Assembly: GCF_004010195.1 (NCBI RefSeq)
Contig: NC_057720.1
Location: 81,668,301-81,732,300 of the forward strand
Direction of reading: 5' to 3'
DNA: 64,000 nt
Origin: Chiloscyllium plagiosum
Taxonomy: Eukaryota
In this document: one piece after another, positions 1 through 13,144 of the stretch
Layout of the letters: each line of letters begins with the position of its first letter
Position numbering within the stretch: position 1 is the stretch's first letter
Program-made: the position numbers and the translations under genes
The notes under the pieces: generated by a model
Seen by the model: the letters and a program-made list of their open reading frames with translations, nothing else
Database searches by the model: none
What the model was told of the DNA's origin: nothing

Positions 1-466
1 GGAACGGGTGCAGAGGAGGTTTCCCAGGATGTTGCCTGGTATGGTAGGAAGATTGTATGAGGAAAGGCTGAGGCACTTGGGGCTGTTTTTATTGGAGAAA
101 AGAAGGTTTAGGGGTGACTTGATAGAGGTGTACAAGATGATTAGGGGTTTAGATGGGGTCGACAGTGAGAATTTTTTTCCACGTATGGAGTCAGCTATTA
201 CAAGGGGGCATAGCTTTAGATTAAGGGTTGGTAGGTATAGGACAGATGTTAGGGGTAGGTTCTTTACTCAGCGTGTCGTGAGTTCATGGAATGCCCTGCC
301 AGTAGCAGTGGTGGACTCTCCCTCATTATGGGCATTTAAGCGGGCATTGGATAGGCATATGGAGGATAGTGGGCTAGTGTAGATTAGGTGGGCTTGGATC
401 GGCGCAACATCGAGGGCCGAAGGGCCTGTACTGCGCTGTATTCTTCTATGTTCTATGTTCTATGTT
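1..466 (+). mobile_element. CR1-clade LINE 3' end
   Basis: ORF 8-382 (RGDLIEVYK...TRGH...FFTQRVV..WNALP) followed by a (TTCTATG)n tail. Confidence 0.92.
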
Positions 467-2420
467 AGCCAACCTCTAGTCTGCCGGCATTTCACCTGCG
501 ACTATCGATGATACAAATATCTCAGCAAGGGACCCAGCAATCACTTCTCTAGCTTCCACAGAGTTCTCAGGTACAACTTATCAGTCCTGGGGATTTATCC
601 ACTTTTATGGGTTTCAAGACATCCAGCGCTTCCTCCTCTGTAATATGGACATTCTTCAAGGTGTCAGTACCTTTTTCCTCACATGCTATATCTTCCATGT
701 CCTTTTCCACAGTAAATACTGATGCAAAATACTCGTTTAGTATCTCCCTCATCTCCTGTGTCTCCACACAAAGGCCACTGTGCTGATCTTTGAGGGGCCC
801 TATTCTCTCCCCAGTTACCCTATTGTCCTTAATGTATTTGTAAAAACCCTTTGGATTCTCCTTAACTCTATTTGCCAAAGCTATCTCATGTCCTCTTTTT
901 GCCCTCCTGATTTCGCTCTTAAGTATACTCCTACTGCCTTTATACTCTTCTAAGGATTCACTCGATCTATCCTGTCTATGCTTCCTCCTTTTTCTTAACC
1001 ACACCCTCAATTTCTCTCATCATCCAGCATTCCCTATAGCTACCAGCCTTTCCTTTCACCCTAACAGGAATATACTTTCTCTAGACTCTCGTTATCTCAT
1101 TTCTGAAGGCTTCCCATTTTCCAGCCGTCCCTTTACCTTTTGAAAGTTCTCGCCTAATACTGTCAAAATTGCCTTTCTCCAATTTAGAACTTCAACTTTT
1201 AGATCTGGTCTATCCTTTTCCATCACTATTTTAAAACTAATAGAATTATGGTCACTGGCCCCAAAGTGCTCCCCCACTGACACCTCAGTCACCTGCCCTG
1301 CCTTATTTCCCGAGAGTAGATCAAGTTTTGCACCTTCTCTAGTAGGTACATCCACATACTGAATCAGAAAATTNNNNNNNNNNNNNNNNNNNNNNNNNNN
1401 NNNNNNNNNNNNNNNNNNNNNNNNNNNNNNNNNNNNNNNNNNNNNNNNNNNNNNNNNNNNNNNNNNNNNNNNNNNNNNNNNNNNNNNNNNNNNNNNNNNN
1501 NNNNNNNNNNNNNNNNNNNNNNNNNNNNNNNNNNNNNNNNNNNNNNNNNNNNNNNNNNNNNNNNNNNNNNNNNNNNNNNNNNNNNNNNNNNNNNNNNNNN
1601 NNNNNNNNNNNNNNNNNNNNNNNNNNNNNNNNNNNNNNNNNNNNNNNNNNNNNNNNNNNNNNNNNNNNNNNNNNNNNNNNNNNNNNNNNNNNNNNNNNNN
1701 NNNNNNNNNNNNNNNNNNNNNNNNNNNNNNNNNNNNNNNNNNNNNNNNNNNNNNNNNNNNNNNNNNNNNNNNNNNNNNNNNNNNNNNNNNNNNNNNNNNN
1801 NNNNNNNNNNNNNNNNNNNNNNNNNNNNNNNNNNNNNNNNNNNNNNNNNNNNNNNNNNNNNNNNNNNNNNNNNNNNNNNNNNNNNNNNNNNNNNNNNNNN
1901 NNNNNNNNNNNNNNNNNNNNNNNNNNNNNNNNNNNNNNNNNNNNNNNNNNNNNNNNNNNNNNNNNNNNNNNNNNNNNNNNNNNNNNNNNNNNNNNNNNNN
2001 NNNNNNNNNNNNNNNNNNNNNNNNNNNNNNNNNNNNNNNNNNNNNNNNNNNNNNNNNNNNNNNNNNNNNNNNNNNNNNNNNNNNNNNNNNNNNNNNNNNN
2101 NNNNNNNNNNNNNNNNNNNNNNNNNNNNNNNNNNNNNNNNNNNNNNNNTGCTGGCCCCTCCTCCCCGTGAGAACATTCTGCACCCTCTCTGAGACATCCT
2201 TGATCCTGGCACCAGGGAAGCAACACACCATTCTGCTTTTTCTCTGCTAGCCACAGAAATGTCTGTCCGTACTTCGGACTAACACAATCGATCTTTTGGA
2301 AGCCGACGTACCCCTCGGTGCATTTGAGCCAGTCTCAATACCAGAAACTTGGCTGTTTGTGCTACGTTCCCCTGAGAATCCATCACCCCCTACATTTTTC
2401 AAAACAGCATACCTCTTTGA
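467..2420 (-). mobile_element. CR1-clade LINE internal fragment spanning an N-gap
   Basis: KENPKGFYKYIK, DKSPG and QYVDVPTREGAKLDL on the left; esterase-like ORF1 CFPGARIKDV on the right of the gap. Confidence 0.88.
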
Positions 2421-3259
2421 AATCATTGTTTATGTTGTGAGTAAGAAGGTCCATGGGATCATTATGACCCACAATCATTCAACTGGATAATTAATGGCCA
2501 GTAAGGACATCAGACTTGCCACTTCCCCATCCACAGATGTCCTTGGTGGTTGGGAAAGATGATTAGTTTCTGGGCTAGAAAACCAGGGCAATCTACCTGC
2601 TGGGTTGAGAGAGAGAGCCCCCTAAGTGCCTCAATGTGGGGGCAGAGGCATGAATGGAGGTGAGCAGACAAACAAGGAACAACAGTAGGGTAGTCAGCCT
2701 GCTTAGCCATTCTATAAGATGATGGCTGATTGTAACCTCAACTCCACATTCCTAAACATCCCAATACATTTTTCTCCTTGGTATTCAAGTATCCAGCTAT
2801 ATTTAAAACGTTCTGCACATACTGCTTTTTGAGGAAGGGAATTCCAAAGACTAACAACCCCCTGAGAGAAAATGTGTTTCCTCATTCCTGGGCGATTCCT
2901 CATTTTTAGGTGTGGCCACTGAAAGCTAACCCACTGCCCTTGCTTCCAACAGCCACGCAGCTCCCACCCCCTGGAGTAGGCCCCCAGTTGGAGAACTCGA
3001 GGACCCAGAAGCTGCCACCTTCTGATTGGCTGTCAGCTTCTGGGGTGCCTGTACGAAGGGCTGTGATTCGCTGTAAAAGTTGCCAATGTTGTGCCTGCCA
3101 GCTCTTAGTGAGTCGATTGGCCAGAGATGAGGCAGGTTTTCTTGGTGGCGACGGGGGATGGTTGCTAAGGACAGCTCTCGCGCCCACCCTCTTTCTAAAC
3201 AAAATGGACAGCTTCTCCCCAGCACCTCGCACTCTTGAGTCTCAACCCTCCAAATTTCT

Positions 3260-3900
3260 TTGAAGTTTGACGTCACATGTAGACCGGTTGGTTAACAAAG
3301 TGTTTAGCATGCTTGCCTTCATTGCTCAGACCTGCAGGTGGGACATCATGTTGAGGTTGGACAGGAAATTGGTGAGGCCTCTTCTGGGGTGCTGTGTGCT
3401 GCTCTGGTCTCCCGGTTATAGGAAGGGTATTGTTAAACTGGAGAGGGTCGGGAAGGGAATTTTACTGGGATGTTGCTGGGGATGGAAGATTTGAGTTATA
3501 AGGAGAGGCTGGATAAGCTGGGGTGTTTCTCCACTGGAGCTTAGGGGCTTCAGGGGTGACCTTATAGAGGTTTATAAAATCATAAAGGGCATAGATAAGG
3601 TGATTGGCGGGGGGGGGGAATTTCACGACTAAGGAGCATATTTTTAAGGTGAGAGGAAAGATCTAAAAAAAGACATGAGGTGCAATTTTTTTTATAGAGT
3701 GGTTTGTGTTTGGAATGAACTTCCAGAGGAAGTGGCTGATGTGAGTACAGTTACAATGTTTAAAAGACATTCAGATAAGTATATGACTAGGAAATGTTTG
3801 AAAGGATATTGGCCAGGTGGGACTAGTTCGGTTTGGGATTATGGTGAGCATGGACTGATTAGACCGAAGGGCCTGTTTCCATGCTCAATGACTCTGTGTA
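3260..3900 (+). mobile_element. CR1 LINE 3' fragment
   Basis: LVRPLL.C...WSP and WNELPEEV motifs, frameshifted. Confidence 0.85.
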
Positions 3901-5379
3901 CCGAGACTGCTTTCCACACAGTTATAGTTTGAAACCTTCAGGGTCCAGTTAAACAATGTCAAATTCGCCCACGGAATTCCCCTGCACCAGTCAACAGCGG
4001 GGAATGGAATGGAGGATAAAAGAGCGCAGAAGTAGGTTTTATGTCGATTTTAAAACTTGACACAATCCTGAGTTATCCCTTTCGGTGAGGAATGGGGGAC
4101 GTGAAACTCTGAAAGTAGCTATACAAATGCAGCCCGAAACGTCGATTCTCCTGTTCCCTAGATGCTGCCTGACCTGCTGCGCTTCTCCACCAACACACAA
4201 TACTGAGTTATCCCTTTCGGTGAGGAATGGGGGACGTGAAACTCTGAAAGTAGCTATACAAATGCAATTCAAGCAGGGAATGTTGGAAAGGTTCAGGTAG
4301 CATCCGTGGAGGGTGGGGAAACAGAATCAATGCTTCAGGATGACGAGCCTTCAGCACAACACAGTTAATTCTGTTTCTCACTCAACAGATGTTGCCACAA
4401 CCTGACAGGCACGTTCACTTTGTTCTGTACATAGTCCAGATTTTCAACATCTGCGGCATTTTACTGTTGTACACGTGCATTTCGGTCTTCCCTATCAAAC
4501 AACATGAGTCTGTGGCCGCTGCTGTTAAATAAATAGCAAATTTATTTCACAAGTTTTGTTCCTGTGTTGAATATTTAAAAATTATTACTGGCAAGGATAA
4601 GGCAGTTCCCATGATGAAGCCACTGAAACTGTCGCTGCTGTTGGGTCAAGAAATAAAACTGAAGAGTTCTTTTTAGTTTAAAAAGGCTGACCCACTGATG
4701 GTTTGCTAGTATCTGGATGTCACATTCTGACAGGGCGAGACCATATTGCCTTGGTACAGTCGCACATCCCTAGTTTATTTTATCATTAATGTCCACCTTT
4801 GTGTAGTTTACGAGCAAGTATAAAGCTGGCTCATTAAACCCCCCCCCCGACACCAGGGAATAAATAGCTTGGTTGGGAGGTCAAAGAATCGGTCCAAATG
4901 AATTTAAAAATAAAGCCTAATTCCTGCAGAATGTGAAGGTGTAGATCAATACTGAGGGCCAGCGGGTCTATCCAGCCAATCAGATATTGAGGAAGGTTCC
5001 AGCCCATAAGAATTTGGGAAAAGTAAATATCTCAGTGAGGAAATTCAACATGCCACACAGGGCAAAGCTATGTGTGACAAGGATGCTTAACATCAATCTG
5101 AATGTAGGATCCCCACTGAGACAACAATAGGTTGTGGAAAGCAGCAGATACAGTTGGAATGGTTTCGATGTTGAAGCTGCCTCATCCTTCCCAGTAACAT
5201 TGTGTGTAAACATACAGGGGCCCCAGTCTTTGATAGGGCACCCACATGGCAGCTTGTTACAGTCCCATGCCCATGTTCTGAGCACAAGGACTCAGGATGG
5301 TAAGTGTTGGAGTGTGTGTAAATCCTGAAAGTGCTTTGAACGGACAGCTCGAGTGTTTGTGAATCCAGGCCAATGGCCA

Positions 5380-5585
5380 TTACTGTTCCTGAGGCTGTCT
5401 GGTCCCACGGCGCCTTCTGACCCAAATGGAGACTGTGCTGTGCCTTAGCATCAGGCTGTTCACCTCACTGAAGCTCAGATCTTCAACACTTTCTCCATTC
5501 ACCTCCAGAATCTCATCGCCCACTTCCAGCAATCCGGCGTACAGTTGCTCCGCATTCCGGTCTGCCATCTGGTGAATGATTATAC
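5380..5585 (-). CDS. KIAA1614: Terminal exon encoding the C-terminal part of a PDZ domain, KIAA1614-like (GIIIHQMADRNAEQLYAGLLEVGDEILEVNGESVEDLSFSEVNSLMLRHSTVSIWVRRRR...*)
   Basis: Acceptor ttcctccttcctctag|GT (phase 1). PDZ motif GLL.VGDEILEVNG; the MAD....LY.GLL segment resembles the KIAA1614 C-terminal PDZ rather than PARD6. KIAA1614 and RNASEL are both on human 1q25.3. Upstream exons were not found. Confidence 0.72.
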
Positions 5586-5945
5586 CTAGAGGAAGGAGGA
5601 AAGAAAAGCACACAAATCAACATGGTAAAAACCGGGCAGATCAAAGGCCTGGATTTTCACAGGATCACGGAGGTTCCAGCACTATTCAGAAAAAGTGGAT
5701 GGGACACAGATCCTGAAATGCCGCCCGCATTTCAAACATTCCATTTGTTTTGGGAGGAAAAAGTATGACTCCCACATGTACATCTCTGAGACTCTATGAG
5801 GGAAATCCAAACTCAGCAGACCCCAGCTGAACTCAGTGCAATTTCATCTCGGTGTAATTTCACTGCAGCAAGGACCACAGTGCAGCGTGAGAGAGTTCCA
5901 AGTATTGAGAGTCATTGAAAATGCTCTTGCAGGGTAGATATGGTC

Positions 5946-6118
5946 TTCAAAGTTTGTGCGAAGATTTGTAGCTCGGGTGCTCGTTGTTGTGGCTCTGTTC
6001 GCCGAGCTGGAAGTTTTCGTTGCAAACGTTTCGTCCCCAAGCACTGATGATGTCGCCTAGCCAGGGGACGAAACGTTTGCAACAAAAACTTCCAGCTCGG
6101 CGAACAGAGCCACAACAT
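5946..6118. mobile_element. Penelope-like terminal-repeat fragment in inverted (fold-back) arrangement
   Basis: Near-perfect inverted arms at ~5986-6038 and ~6064-6117, overlapping a hammerhead core. Confidence 0.65.
6041..6080 (+). ncRNA. Minimal type I hammerhead ribozyme motif (Penelope-type)
   Basis: gca-CTGATGA-t-GTCgCCT-agcc-AGGgGAC-GAAAC-GTT-tgc. Core boxes, stem II, stem I gca/tgc and GUU cleavage triplet are all present. Confidence 0.65.
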
Positions 6119-6484
6119 AGATAAGGTCTGTTAAATCAGCCCCTTAAAAATCAACCAAAAAGGCTGCCTGTGCCAGCGTGGGTTGAAAAAGAAATCTGCT
6201 CCCGAAGTTACAATGTTATTGGGAAGTATGATGGCAGTTTCAATGATGAAACCGTTCCAACTACAGCTGCTGCTTGACTGCTTGCTACAGCTTATCATCA
6301 TCTCAGCAGGGGTCCTACATCGATTTGTGGCTCAAAGTGGTTATGAAAGGATTGGCTATCTTTGATGTGTGATTATGAATACTGACCTGTTCTTTTTTTC
6401 AGAAAGGAATAATTTTTGAGGGGGTTTCAATATCTGAATTGGGCTTTCAAGAATAGGATAATTGTATTTAATAGGATAAAGGCT

Positions 6485-6725
6485 GTAATGCACATTCAGA
6501 ATTTCATTTTAGATTCCCTAAAGTGTGGAAACAGGCCCTTCGGCCCAACCAGTCCACACCGACAAGTAACCCACCCAGCCCCATTTCCGTCTGACTAATG
6601 CACCTGTAATGCACATTCAGAATTTCATTTTAGATTCCCTAAAGTGTGGAAACAGGCCCTTCGGCCCAACCAGTCCACACCCACCCAGCCCCATTTCCGT
6701 CTGACTAATGCACCTAGCACTATTG
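6485..6725 (+). repeat. ~120-bp tandem duplication including a SINE tail
   Basis: TGTAATGCACATTCAGAATTTC...CTGACTAATGCACCT at 6485 and 6605. Confidence 0.85.
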
Positions 6726-9397
6726 GCAATTTAGCATGGCCAATTCACCTGACCTGCACATTTTTGGACTGTGGGAGGAGACCAACACAGACACGGGGAG
6801 AATGTACAAACTCCAAACAGTCGCCCAAGGCTGGGATCGAACCTGGGTCCCTGGTGCTATGAGGCAACAGTGCTAACCACTGAGCCACCATGCCACCATG
6901 TTCAATTCAACATGGTTCCTAAAGTCTGTCCATGGTGGACATTGGGTGAGCTGGCATGGAGAGTATAAGGCAAAGAGTGGTGGGTGGATACACACACAAG
7001 TTTTGCATTAATTGGCATGGATGGGGCATGGTGAGTAAGTGAGGGCATGACAGGGTGAGGCATCTGAGGGATAACCGTTTCATGCAAAGGGCAGTGCGTG
7101 TATGGAATGACCTGCCAGAGGAATTGATAGAGGTGGGTAAAGTTACACTAAAAAGATATTAGGACAGGTACATGAACAGGAAAGGTTTAGAGGGGTATAT
7201 GGGCCAAATGCAAGTAAATGGGACTAGTTCAGTTTAGCATTCCTGGTCAGCATGGAGAAGTTGGATTGAAGGGTCTGTTTCCGTGCTGTGTGGTTCTATG
7301 ACTCTATGAATAAGGGCCAGAAGACCTGATATTGAACAAAATACTTTCAACAAAGTCTGACATGTACCAAGTCGGGCCTTTTAATCACCACTCCATCCCC
7401 GACAAACACCCCCATACCCTTCTGCCTGACTCCATCCTATAACCCACTTCCTCTCCCAGAGAGAGGACCTTGCCATTTGGGTGAGTTTCTCGTGTGGTTA
7501 GTCAGGAGGTTTCCCATCGTGAGCTTACCAGCCTTGCTGGCAAAAATCAGGCCAAAGTTTATTTACTAATCTGCATCGCTTGGAGTGGGTGCTGTTTGGT
7601 AGATGTGCTTGAAATGGACAGTGATAATGGGTATAACAATGTAATGAGAGCCTGGTGGGGAAGAACAAATCTAAATGGAAACAGGGTTGCAAGGGTACGC
7701 GAAAAGATCTTGTGGCACATCCCTACCTCTAGGCCAGAAACCAGGGGTTCGTGCTTTAGCTTAGGACCGGTTGTTTGTAATGTAACCCCTGGAACAGGGT
7801 GACTAAGTAGCCCCAATACCCCCCCGGAGGCAGGCAGTAAGAGTGAGAGAGTCTCCAGGTCAGCTGACCTGCAGGAGGCAGTGACAAATCCTTCAGGGTG
7901 GATCAATCTGGTGGCCTAACCCTGGAAATAAGGACAGGTCGACAAGGAGAAGGATAGATTGCTCATACTGAAGTCACAGAGGTCTACAGCATGGGTGCAG
8001 CCCTTTTGGCCCAACCTGTCCATGCAGCCCAGTTTTCACAATTAACCTAGTCCCATTTGCCTGCAGTTGGTCCACATCCCTCCATACCTAGCCCATCCAT
8101 GTACCTGTCCAAATGTTTCTTAAACGACAAAATTGTACTTGCCTCCACCACTACCTCTGGCAGCCCGTTGCGGACTCCCACCACCCTGTGTGTGAAACAA
8201 GTGCCCCTCTGGATCCTTTTGTATCTCTCCCCTCGCACCTTAAACCTCTAGTTTTAGCCTCCTCTACCATGGAGAAGAGCTGTTGGCTATCTCCTTACCT
8301 ATGCCTCTCATGATTTTATAGACCTCTACAAGGTCGCCCCTCAGACTCCTACACTCAGGGAGATCAGACCAAAGGGGCCCTACCCACTGAATGTGGGGGT
8401 GTAGGAGATGGCAGAAATCAGACCATGTATCCAGGGACTGATAGACACTGGAGGGTGGGAATGATGTGTGTGTGCCACCAGCATAACTAGGGAGTCTGAG
8501 GGACTGGGGCCCTCAGTCCCAAATCTCCCCAGAGTGTTCTCCCTCACAACCTCGAGTGTGTATGTCCCGAATGGACTAGAGGGGCTGAGTGACCTTCCCT
8601 ATCCCTCTTTCCTGATGAAGGGCTCAGGCCCGAAATGTCGATTCTCCTGCTCCTCGGATGCTACCAGACCTGCTGTGCTTTTCCAGCAACACACCCTCGA
8701 CTCTGATCTCCAGCATCTGCAGACCTCACTATTTCTTTCCCTGTCTCTCTGTTCAAAGGTGCGCATGATTTCCCAGTGAGGTTACAGCGATGGAATGGGA
8801 TCCAATTCCACCCCCACCCCCTCCAAAGCCTCCTCTCCATCCCCCAACCCCACACTACCACCCCCCAACACACACACACACACACACAGACAAATACCAA
8901 GCCATTCACAGCTCCTATAACCAGGGAGTCCTCAGACAGTCAGGAGGGATGGAACTGCAGTACTCACGGCCACTCAATCTGGAGATGTGAAACCCAAACA
9001 GCGCCCCCGCTGGTTTGGAGAGTTCAAGCACGAAGCTGGCATCAGCAAATGTCTGCGTCACTTGGCCAACCAGCCTTGGGCGTCTGGGTGGGGCAAGATC
9101 TCCTCCACGGAGAGCCGTCCCTGGGCTGCAGCGAGTCTGGGCCTCACTGTCAACAGGAAATGGAAGACTTCTGAACAAAGCACACACACAGTCCGTCACC
9201 ACCTCAATGTCCTGGTGGGGGGGGGAGATACACCTCCCCCCCCACCCAACACTGCAACAGCCTGTTGTCAGACAGACCCACCCAACGGTGCCAATTCTAC
9301 AGCACTGGGACCCACAGCAGCACATCTGTGGCACGCCCAGTCACACTGGACAGTGAAGAAGGTTATCTCAGAGTACAACAGGACCATGATCAGATGG

Positions 9398-9897
9398 NNN
9401 NNNNNNNNNNNNNNNNNNNNNNNNNNNNNNNNNNNNNNNNNNNNNNNNNNNNNNNNNNNNNNNNNNNNNNNNNNNNNNNNNNNNNNNNNNNNNNNNNNNN
9501 NNNNNNNNNNNNNNNNNNNNNNNNNNNNNNNNNNNNNNNNNNNNNNNNNNNNNNNNNNNNNNNNNNNNNNNNNNNNNNNNNNNNNNNNNNNNNNNNNNNN
9601 NNNNNNNNNNNNNNNNNNNNNNNNNNNNNNNNNNNNNNNNNNNNNNNNNNNNNNNNNNNNNNNNNNNNNNNNNNNNNNNNNNNNNNNNNNNNNNNNNNNN
9701 NNNNNNNNNNNNNNNNNNNNNNNNNNNNNNNNNNNNNNNNNNNNNNNNNNNNNNNNNNNNNNNNNNNNNNNNNNNNNNNNNNNNNNNNNNNNNNNNNNNN
9801 NNNNNNNNNNNNNNNNNNNNNNNNNNNNNNNNNNNNNNNNNNNNNNNNNNNNNNNNNNNNNNNNNNNNNNNNNNNNNNNNNNNNNNNNNNNNNNNNN
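9398..9897. other. Assembly gap of exactly 500 N (probable scaffold join of unknown size)
   Basis: Round length; both flanks end in CR1 sequence of opposite orientation. Other gaps are 1374-2148 (775 N) and 25546-25808 (263 N). Confidence 0.9.
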
Positions 9898-9929
9898 GTC
9901 CAGTGGGTTCAGTGTTCCAGGGGTTTGGG

Positions 9930-12690
9930 GAAACTCTCCAGAAGACTTTAAGCACCCTCTGGCTGAAGAAATTCCTCCTCATCCCAGCTCTAAAGGGTCG
10001 GCCCTTCATTCTGAGGCTGTGCCCTGGTTACCGAGTCTCTCCAGTTTTTGGAAACATCTTCTCTGCATCCACTCTATCCAGGCCTATCAGTATTCTGCAA
10101 ATTTCAATAAGGTCCCTCCTCATCCTTCTAAACTCCATTGAGTACAGACCCAGAGTCCGCAACCACGCCTCATATGACAAGCCCTTCATCCCCAGGATCA
10201 TTCTTGTAAACCCCTTCAATGCCAGCACATTGTTTCTTAGAATATGGGTCCCAAATCTGTTCAAAACATTCCAAATGCGATCTGACCAGAGCCTTACACA
10301 GCCTCAGCAGTACATCTCTGCTCTTGTATTCTGGCCCTATTGAAATGAGTGCTATCATTTCATTTGCCTTCCCAAGCACAAACTGGACCTGCCTGTTCAC
10401 CTGAAGAGAAACCTGAATGAGGTTTGTGCTTTAGATTTCCAAAGGCTTTCCTCATTTTGAAAACAGTCTTTGCATCTCTTCTTCCTCCCACAGTGCATAC
10501 CCTCACACTGTAACACATTGTATTCTATCTGCCACTTCTTTGCCCACTCTCCGAGCCTATCTGGGACCTTTTGCAGCCTTCCCACTTCCTCTGTCCCTCC
10601 ACCTATCTCATGTCATCTGCAAACTTAGCAACAATGTCTTCACTTCCTTCATCCAGATTGTTAATGTATATCGTGATTAGTTATGGTCCCAACACTGACA
10701 CCTGCAGAACTCCACTGGTCACCAGCTGCCATTGCTCCTCACTCACTGCTTTATGCCAACCTGTCCGTCCCCAGTCCATGCCAGTACCTCACCCCTAACA
10801 CTATGGGCTCTTACCTCATGTCAAAAGTCTTCTGGAAATCCAAATAGATTAATTCCTCCGACTCTCTTTTGTCTGACTGGCTCATTGCCTCCTCAACGAA
10901 TTCTAACACATTTGCCAGGCATGCCCTCCCCTTGATGAAGCTGTGTTGACTCAACCCTATTTTACCATTGCACTTCCAAATCCTCTGCAATTTCACCCTT
11001 AAATTGAAGTCTAAAACCTTGCCAACAACTGAGCCCAGACTAACTAGCCAATAATTTCCCATCTTCTACCTCCCTCCCTTCTTAAACAGGGCTGTTATGT
11101 GAGCCACTGTCCAGTGCCTTGCCTCCATCAAATCCCTCCCCACACCACCTTTACCCCCCGACTCCATTGATTCCTGAAAGATCATCACCAATGCCTCCAC
11201 AATCTCCTCAGCGATCTCCTTCAGAACACACTGGTGTAGTTCATCCAGTCTGGGTGAGTTATCCATGTTCAGACCTCCCAGCTTCCCCAGTGCCTCCTCC
11301 TTAGTGATGGCCACTACATGCCCCCCTGCCCCCTGACAGTCTTGAAGTACTGGTATGCTGCTGGTGTTTTCCATGGTGCAGAATGATGCAAAATATCGAT
11401 TTCTTCATTTCCTATTATTCTTTCTCCAGCATCATTTTCCAGTGATCCAATGTCTATTTTGCCTCCCTCTTCCTTTTTATATATCTGATAAACTTCTTGC
11501 AATTTTCTTTTATATTACTGGGTAGCTTAACCTCCACATTTCACCTTCCCCACTCTTAATGCTTTCTTAGTTATCCGTTCCAGGTTTTTAAAAACTTCCT
11601 AACCCTCTGGCTTCCCACTATTCTCCACCACATTGTATGCCTTTTCCTTTTGCTTTTATGCTGTCCTTGACCTCCCCCATCAGCCATGGAAGCCTTGTCC
11701 TCCCCTTAGTATGTTTCTTCTTTTTTGGGATGAGTTCCTGCTCTGCTTCCTGAATTACCCCCAGAAACTCTGCTGTTTGCTGCCCCACCATCTTACCTGC
11801 TCGGCTCCCCTTCCAATCAACTCTGGCCAGCTCCTTCCTCATGTCTTTGTCTCATACCTTCCTCATACCTTTACTCAGTTGAAATGCTGTTCCATCTGAT
11901 TGCAGCTTCTCCCTCTCAAACTACAGGGGGAATTCGATCATATTATGGTCCCTTATCCAGGGATATTTTCACCTTCAGCTCACTAATCAAGTTTGTCTCA
12001 ATACACATCACTGAATCCAGAACTGCCTGTTCCATAGTGGCTCAACCACAAGCTGCTCCAAAAACCACCTTGTAGACATTCCATGAAATCCTTTCCTTGA
12101 GAAGCGCTACCCAGTCCACCTATCCATTGAAGTCTGCCCTGACATTTTGTATCTGGCTTTTCTGTCTCCTGATTGATTTCCTTCCCCACCCCCTGATTAC
12201 TGCTTGGAGACCTGGACATAACTTGCACCAGATTCTTTATTTCTTGCGGTTCCTCAACTCTACCCACAAAAAATTCTACACTTTCTGACTCTATATCACT
12301 TCTTGCTATTGATTTGATTTCATTTCTTACTAACAAGGCAACTCTTGCCCCTCTGCCCATCTGTCTGTCCTTTTGATGGGACATGTATCCTTGGATATTT
12401 AGTTTCCAGCCTGGATCCCCTTACAGCCATGTCTCTGTAATACCCACAACATTGTACCTGCCAGTTTCAATCTGCACTACAAGCTCATTGTGTATACTGT
12501 GTGTATTTAAGTACAACTCCCTCAGTCCTGCATTGACTGCCCTCCTTCCCATCATTGTCCCCTTATCTGCTGTGCGTGACATTTGATTTCTGATCCTTTC
12601 CATGCTCTCAGTCCTATTACATCTTCTAGAAACCTGAATAACCTCTCCTGAACCCTCCTCCACTTTAACTAGTTTAAATTCCTTGAAACT
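9930..12690 (-). mobile_element. Degenerate CR1 LINE (endonuclease through RT C-terminus)
   Basis: Fragmented ORFs with VGITETWL, NY..VSL.SVVGK, IYLDFQKTFD and RRDLIE. Confidence 0.88.
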
Positions 12691-13144
12691 CAATTTATCT
12701 CATAATTTGGCATCACTTTGTCTCCCTTACTCGGAATTATTCATGCATTTAGATACAAAGTCTTTCAGTTTGATCTATTATTGATGTTCCCTGCACTCTT
12801 ATGGTTCCTTTGATATTCAAAAATTTTGACCCTTCCCTTTATTTTCTGGTCACAATCAATCCCATCACTAACCAGCAATCCTACCTTCTCCTTTACTTTC
12901 CATTTTCTCATTTTCCATCCAACTGAACCAAATTCCTATCTCTTTGGGTTGAGTTCAGGACAATATTTATCCGTGAACCAACAGCATGAAGAATACTCTT
13001 TGACCTCATTGCTTCTAGTGGGATCTTGCTGTGTAGAAATTGGCTGCCCCATTCTTGACATTGCAACAGTGATTGGTTTTCAAACAAATTGTAAATGTCT
13101 TTGGGAGAGCCTGAGATGTTAGGGGTTCAATTGAAATACAATTA

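Noticed and set aside
1092-2254. Long ORFs containing X runs (also 8987-10141 and 25400-25848)
   Set aside because: Artefacts of translating through N gaps.
7525-7570. Minus-strand NFGLIFASKAG|gtaagc as a candidate penultimate PDZ exon
   Set aside because: In-frame stops lie immediately upstream and there is no plausible acceptor.
8987-9200. Possible Harbinger Myb/SANT remnant
   Set aside because: Similarity is too weak to support by eye.
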